Below the pieces are notes generated by a model. That model was given only the letters and a program-made list of their open reading frames with translations, did not search any database and was not told where the DNA came from. Source: a virus (taxonomy: Duplodnaviria > Caudoviricetes). Taken from it: DNA of 27,016 nucleotides. Below are positions 22,751-27,016 of this stretch, piece after piece (within the stretch, counting starts at the first letter, position 1; the number at the start of each line of letters is the position of its first letter). The stretch is from positions 1-27,016 of the IMG/VR virus record IMGVR_UViG_3300020362_000263, one strand, 5' to 3'. The translations under genes were made by a program, and so were the position numbers.

Positions 22751-25444
22751 ATGGCAAAAGAACAACCATTCCGCTCTATTGAGATGCGGGGGCGGCAGTC
22801 GTCTGTCCGCTCAGATTTACAAGCTGCTGACCATACACAAAAGCTAGCAGAGTACAATAGGCGACAACTACAAAAACAAAAGGACTCACACGAAGCCTTA
22901 AATAACGAACGTCGTTTTAGAAACTTTAATAGTCAAGTTCTCGAAGAAACAGCGATACAGCAACAGCGGCTTGAGATGGCTAATCTCAGCACTAACGCAG
23001 AACTGGCTGCAAAAGCTAAAGAGATTATTGGAAGACGTGAGCTAGAAGGCGAGCGGATGCGGATCCAACAGGAAGACCAAATCCGCCGGATGAAGAACTC
23101 CCAAGAGATCATCCGAAACCAACTTCAGCAGCAGCTACAAGTACAGGAAGCCAATACGATTAGTGAGTTTGGCAACCAACTGCTGAGCTTCTCAGAAACT
23201 CTTTACAGACAAAAAGCTGATCAAATCAATGAGGCCAACAAAAGGCTTCAGGCACAAGGTCAGCTTGATTACATTACTGGCAACCTTGGAGAAGGAAGTC
23301 AGGATCTGAGCGATGCTCAAACGGCTCGTGTTGCTTTGGGCATGAGCCTCGACACTGCAGCAGCTCAACTAGATGCAGAAGGTAAACCCACTGATGCCAC
23401 AAACATCCGTGCCCACAACGGACACTACCAATATGGTATCCAAGAGGGTATGGCCATTAAACATGGTACTGAACTCAAAGGCTATCTACAGCAAGCCAAA
23501 GAAGATGCAATCGCCAACAAACTACTGAACTTTGGCGATCCAAGTGCAGATGCCAAGCTGCAGGTTTTTCTCCAAACCAAAACCATTGATTTTATGGTTG
23601 AAAGGGGTCTAACTAGCCTCCCTATTGAGATCCAACAAAAGTATTTAGCCAAGACACTTATTACTGCTCAGGCGTCAGTGATGGCTGAGTTCAATGAGGC
23701 TAATCAAAAATACACTCTTGACGCCTCTATTGGTCTTGTAAGGAATCAGATTAGAACTGGATCTAAGAGTCCAGCTTTTGCTGAAGACTTGCCCAACATG
23801 CTGTCTCAGCTATTTACTAAAGATCCTGAGAACTTTTCTGCCAACCTCACCAAAGTTTATTCTGACCTCAAAGCAGATACCTATGAGACTGGGGACATGA
23901 CTGCCCTGGACACTCTCATCACAACTATTGAGGCTGATCAACGTCTTACCGCCTTTGGTCAAGATGTCATTAACGATTACCTGAAATACGAGGAAACGTT
24001 CGATAAGGCACAGGCCAAAGCTGCTGATGATAAAGCAAAAGAGCTGGCGGATCGTCTTCTAGCTGGATTTAATGAAGAAGCTACCACGATCGACGATGTA
24101 ACAACGCTAACTGAAAGGCGTCAATTTTATTTTGATCAAGCTGAAAGCCTGCCTTTAATTCAACGGTCAAGGGTAAGGACAGAATTGAACAAATTCAATG
24201 CCTCTGATCTTGAATCAGTTAAAAATGCAAACGATGCTTTCTTAGCAACACCTGGAGCAACACCTGAAAATCTTCGAGAGCGTGCTCTTGACCCTCGGCA
24301 GCCCCAGTCTGAAAAAGATCGTTTGATTAGGGCAGCTAATTCCATTGAGAAACTTGCTGAATCAAATCCTCAATACAAAACGACTCTAAGAAGGCAAAAA
24401 GGATCTATTGAAACCTTGAGGCCTACTGTCCCTAATGAACAGCTCAAACTAGACCCGCAAATCAGGGTTCAAATTGATGAAGCTGTAAAACGTCGAAAGG
24501 AAGAACTGGATATTCGTTTCCAAGCTTGGGTTACTGACGGTGTCGGTGAAAAAAATGCCGACACAATGAAGGAATGGTTTGATAAACAAACCGACCTTCT
24601 AAAAGACCCTATTGTCCTTAGCGACGACGGCAAAGTCGAAGAGCTGCGGGTTACTGAAGATGAGTTCAGTTATGGAGCAGAAGATGCCGTCAAATTCACA
24701 CCACAACCTATAGGAAATACTCAACGTAATGGCGTATTCTTCACGGGGAAAGAATCTCGTTCTGCTGCTAGGCGTGGCGCTCTCGGTCGCCTGGATTCCA
24801 CCACTGGCGTCTTTTTAAACCCGCCTGAAATCGTGGCGTTTGTAGAGAAATACGAAAAAACTGGTCTTATTGATCCTCTTGTTCGTGATCTTGCAATTCA
24901 GGCGGGTGTTACGCCGAAAGAATTTATGCAAAACCAAGCAGACCTTTGGGGTATGCCTGGTGAAATTCAACCTTATGACACCCAAATCAAAGTTTCACCA
25001 GTAACGCAGCGCGTTTCTAGAGACCAAGCCTTCAATTTTGCTCTAGATGAAGGCCTAGGTAGAGGTGGTGCAATTATGTTCGCCAACTCAATGATGGAAG
25101 AGTCAACCGGCAACCCTTTGGCAGAGCATGATCCAGACCCAAATGGAAAACCCACTGGTTTTGGATTGTTTGGTCATCGTCTGACCCGTAAAGACGCTCT
25201 CGAAGCCTTTGCTGCTGAAAAAGGTAAAAGTCCTAGTGACCCAACTGTGCAAATGCAGTATGCCATCTCTGAACTACGTGCATACAAAAACGATCCATAT
25301 TATGGACACGTTTATGAAGCTGTGTTTGCTGAAAATCCAACAATGGGGCAGCTTGTCGAAGCCCAACGCGATTGGCTCCGCTTCCATAGCAGCCTACACG
25401 GTAAGCGTGAGAACTCACTTGTAAACGATCTACTTAAATACTAA
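22751..25444 (+). CDS. Internal virion protein (gp15 position) with C-terminal lysozyme-like domain
   Basis: 897-aa helical protein in the gp15 position. The C-terminal ANSMMEESTGNP...GFGLFGH...R..AL.AFA..KG....DP.VQ.QY...EL resembles phage tail lysozyme domains. Confidence 0.8.
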   Translation: MAKEQPFRSIEMRGRQSSVRSDLQAADHTQKLAEYNRRQLQKQKDSHEALNNERRFRNFNSQVLEETAIQQQRLEMANLSTNAELAAKAKEIIGRRELEGERMRIQQEDQIRRMKNSQEIIRNQLQQQLQVQEANTISEFGNQLLSFSETLYRQKADQINEANKRLQAQGQLDYITGNLGEGSQDLSDAQTARVALGMSLDTAAAQLDAEGKPTDATNIRAHNGHYQYGIQEGMAIKHGTELKGYLQQAKEDAIANKLLNFGDPSADAKLQVFLQTKTIDFMVERGLTSLPIEIQQKYLAKTLITAQASVMAEFNEANQKYTLDASIGLVRNQIRTGSKSPAFAEDLPNMLSQLFTKDPENFSANLTKVYSDLKADTYETGDMTALDTLITTIEADQRLTAFGQDVINDYLKYEETFDKAQAKAADDKAKELADRLLAGFNEEATTIDDVTTLTERRQFYFDQAESLPLIQRSRVRTELNKFNASDLESVKNANDAFLATPGATPENLRERALDPRQPQSEKDRLIRAANSIEKLAESNPQYKTTLRRQKGSIETLRPTVPNEQLKLDPQIRVQIDEAVKRRKEELDIRFQAWVTDGVGEKNADTMKEWFDKQTDLLKDPIVLSDDGKVEELRVTEDEFSYGAEDAVKFTPQPIGNTQRNGVFFTGKESRSAARRGALGRLDSTTGVFLNPPEIVAFVEKYEKTGLIDPLVRDLAIQAGVTPKEFMQNQADLWGMPGEIQPYDTQIKVSPVTQRVSRDQAFNFALDEGLGRGGAIMFANSMMEESTGNPLAEHDPDPNGKPTGFGLFGHRLTRKDALEAFAAEKGKSPSDPTVQMQYAISELRAYKNDPYYGHVYEAVFAENPTMGQLVEAQRDWLRFHSSLHGKRENSLVNDLLKY

Positions 25445-25446
25445 TT

Positions 25447-27016
25447 ATGCCTTTTGAACTGCCTGCTGGATACGAAGAACAGGAACCTATTCCTCTTTCT
25501 AAACAGCTTGATACCTCTGAACAACTTGATATTGACATTGATACTTCGCGCGTAGACGACGACGAGGAAGACCAAGCTGAGCAGTTGGGTCCGTTCGCTC
25601 CTGTAGACATCGACAATCCTGTCGGGCAGTTCATGGAAGATGCGGCAGTCGCTTTTCAAGACATGTTTGATGAGCGCGATGCTGATGAAATCCGTGAAGA
25701 AAGAGCTGATAAACGCGCTGTTCAGCAAGAGAACGTCAAAACGTTTACCGAAAGATTCGATAGCAGCACTAACCCTGTCAGGGAATCAATGGTCGCTGCT
25801 GCTGGTGCGGTCGAAGACTTTGCTGAGGGTGTTGTCAACCTGCCTGGTGACGTTGCAAGCCTTATTCCTGGTGTGGATAAGGACTTCATGAACGTAGACT
25901 TTAACTTTGTTCGTGAAAACAACACCGAATGGGGTAAAGCTGTTCGCACCCTCGGTCGCTATGTGATCGCTGGACGCCAGGCGACACGTCTTCCTGGTTT
26001 CAATCGACTTACCGCTGGCCAACAGGGTGGGGCTTTGTTTGCTGGTAGGGCTGCTGAGGGCTTCATTGAAGACTTCATTGGCTCTGACGGTACTGCAGAA
26101 GACGGAACAATTATCGGGGATATAAATCTTTTCGGTTTAACTCCCTGGACCGAAGCTTTCCAAACCTCAGATGAGAACAATCCTGTGGCTAACCGAGCCC
26201 TAAACGGCCTTGAAGGCGCTTTAATTAACGCTACAGGTGGTTGGGTTATTGATTATATTCGTGATCTCAAGCTATGGAATAAATTCCGTAGCTCTCCAGC
26301 CGGTCGCAAATTCTTTCCTGGTGTAAAACAAGATCCAGCAGCAGGCCGAAAAGCTACTGAAGCACGCGGTCGATTGAACGACCTACTTGCTAAGACTTAC
26401 GCCGATGATCAATACGGTAAAACTCTCAACTACACCCTCAAGGTTCAGCAAGACTTTGCCTTGCGAGCAATTACTGATGCTCGACAGCCTCTAAATGACT
26501 TTATTGAGAAGGCTTCAAAGGGAAACAAGGATGTTGCTGCCTATCTCAATGCCAGAACCCGAGCTTTGGCTGCCGGAAATGTTATTGATAAAATTCATAA
26601 CACAGTTAAATATGGCGGCGAACCTGATGAGCAGGTGATTGATGGTCTGTCCTGGAAAGGTATTCAGACTCAGATGGATCAACTCGACCGAAACATCGCA
26701 TCTGCAGAACAAATGTCTGCAGGTCTAGATGCTCGTGTTGCAGAACTCTCTGAAAACCTCACCCAACAATCTTCTCTTAGTGGGCGGCGAGCTGCAGATA
26801 TTCAAGACATTCAAACTCGTTCTCTTAACGCTCCTCGTAAGGCAGATCTTGAGGCCAGCCAAACAATCCCGCTGAACCTGTCTGCCTATCAAGTCAAGTA
26901 CCTCAAAGACAACAAACTTCTGCCTCGTGGTATCACCATCACGCCGGGACGACGTGTCAAAGGGCTTACCAGTAGCAACATTGATGATCTTATTTCTTCT
27001 ATTGAAGGTGGCCCTG
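25447..27016 (+). CDS. Large internal virion protein (gp16 position), truncated by the window end; not in ORF track
   Basis: ATG at 25447, two bases after the previous stop, reads MPFELPAGYEEQEPIPLSKQLD... The frame is open at both ends that were checked (...SNIDDLISSIEGGP). Its absence from the track is consistent with no stop inside the window. Confidence 0.85.
   Translation, partial: MPFELPAGYEEQEPIPLSKQLDTSEQLDIDIDTSRVDDDEEDQAEQLGPFAPVDIDNPVGQFMEDAAVAFQDMFDERDADEIREERADKRAVQQENVKTFTERFDSSTNPVRESMVAAAGAVEDFAEGVVNLPGDVASLIPGVDKDFMNVDFNFVRENNTEWGKAVRTLGRYVIAGRQATRLPGFNRLTAGQQGGALFAGRAAEGFIEDFIGSDGTAEDGTIIGDINLFGLTPWTEAFQTSDENNPVANRALNGLEGALINATGGWVIDYIRDLKLWNKFRSSPAGRKFFPGVKQDPAAGRKATEARGRLNDLLAKTYADDQYGKTLNYTLKVQQDFALRAITDARQPLNDFIEKASKGNKDVAAYLNARTRALAAGNVIDKIHNTVKYGGEPDEQVIDGLSWKGIQTQMDQLDRNIASAEQMSAGLDARVAELSENLTQQSSLSGRRAADIQDIQTRSLNAPRKADLEASQTIPLNLSAYQVKYLKDNKLLPRGITITPGRRVKGLTSSNIDDLISSIEGGP

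Overview
This window is the left and middle part of a T7-like (Autographiviridae) phage genome, most likely a cyanopodovirus of the Syn5/P60/P-SSP7 type; the host is inferred from gene content and order. All supported protein-coding genes are on the + strand. The order is: tyrosine integrase, a complete antisense tRNA-Leu(CAG), single-subunit RNA polymerase, SSB, endonuclease I, primase-helicase, a thioredoxin-fold protein lacking CxxC, family A DNA polymerase, an Endo VII-type nuclease, exonuclease, a nucleotide-metabolism block (gp1.7/DUF3310-like, MazG-like NTP pyrophosphatase, ThyX, class II RNR), then portal, scaffold, major capsid, tail tubes A and B and the internal virion proteins. The last gene runs off the window end. 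Four ORFs missing from the supplied track were read by hand (1320-1478, 3846-3974, 11069-11242, 25447-end). The most interesting observations are three. First, an intact tRNA gene sits 3 bp past the integrase stop, where an attP fragment would be expected. Second, the non-coding capsid leader is densely structured and contains a compact tRNA-elbow mimic (acceptor stem plus T-arm). Third, a cysteine-pair-less thioredoxin-like gene is translationally coupled to the DNA polymerase. No database searches or folding programs were run, so all family assignments rest on motifs and synteny recognised by eye.
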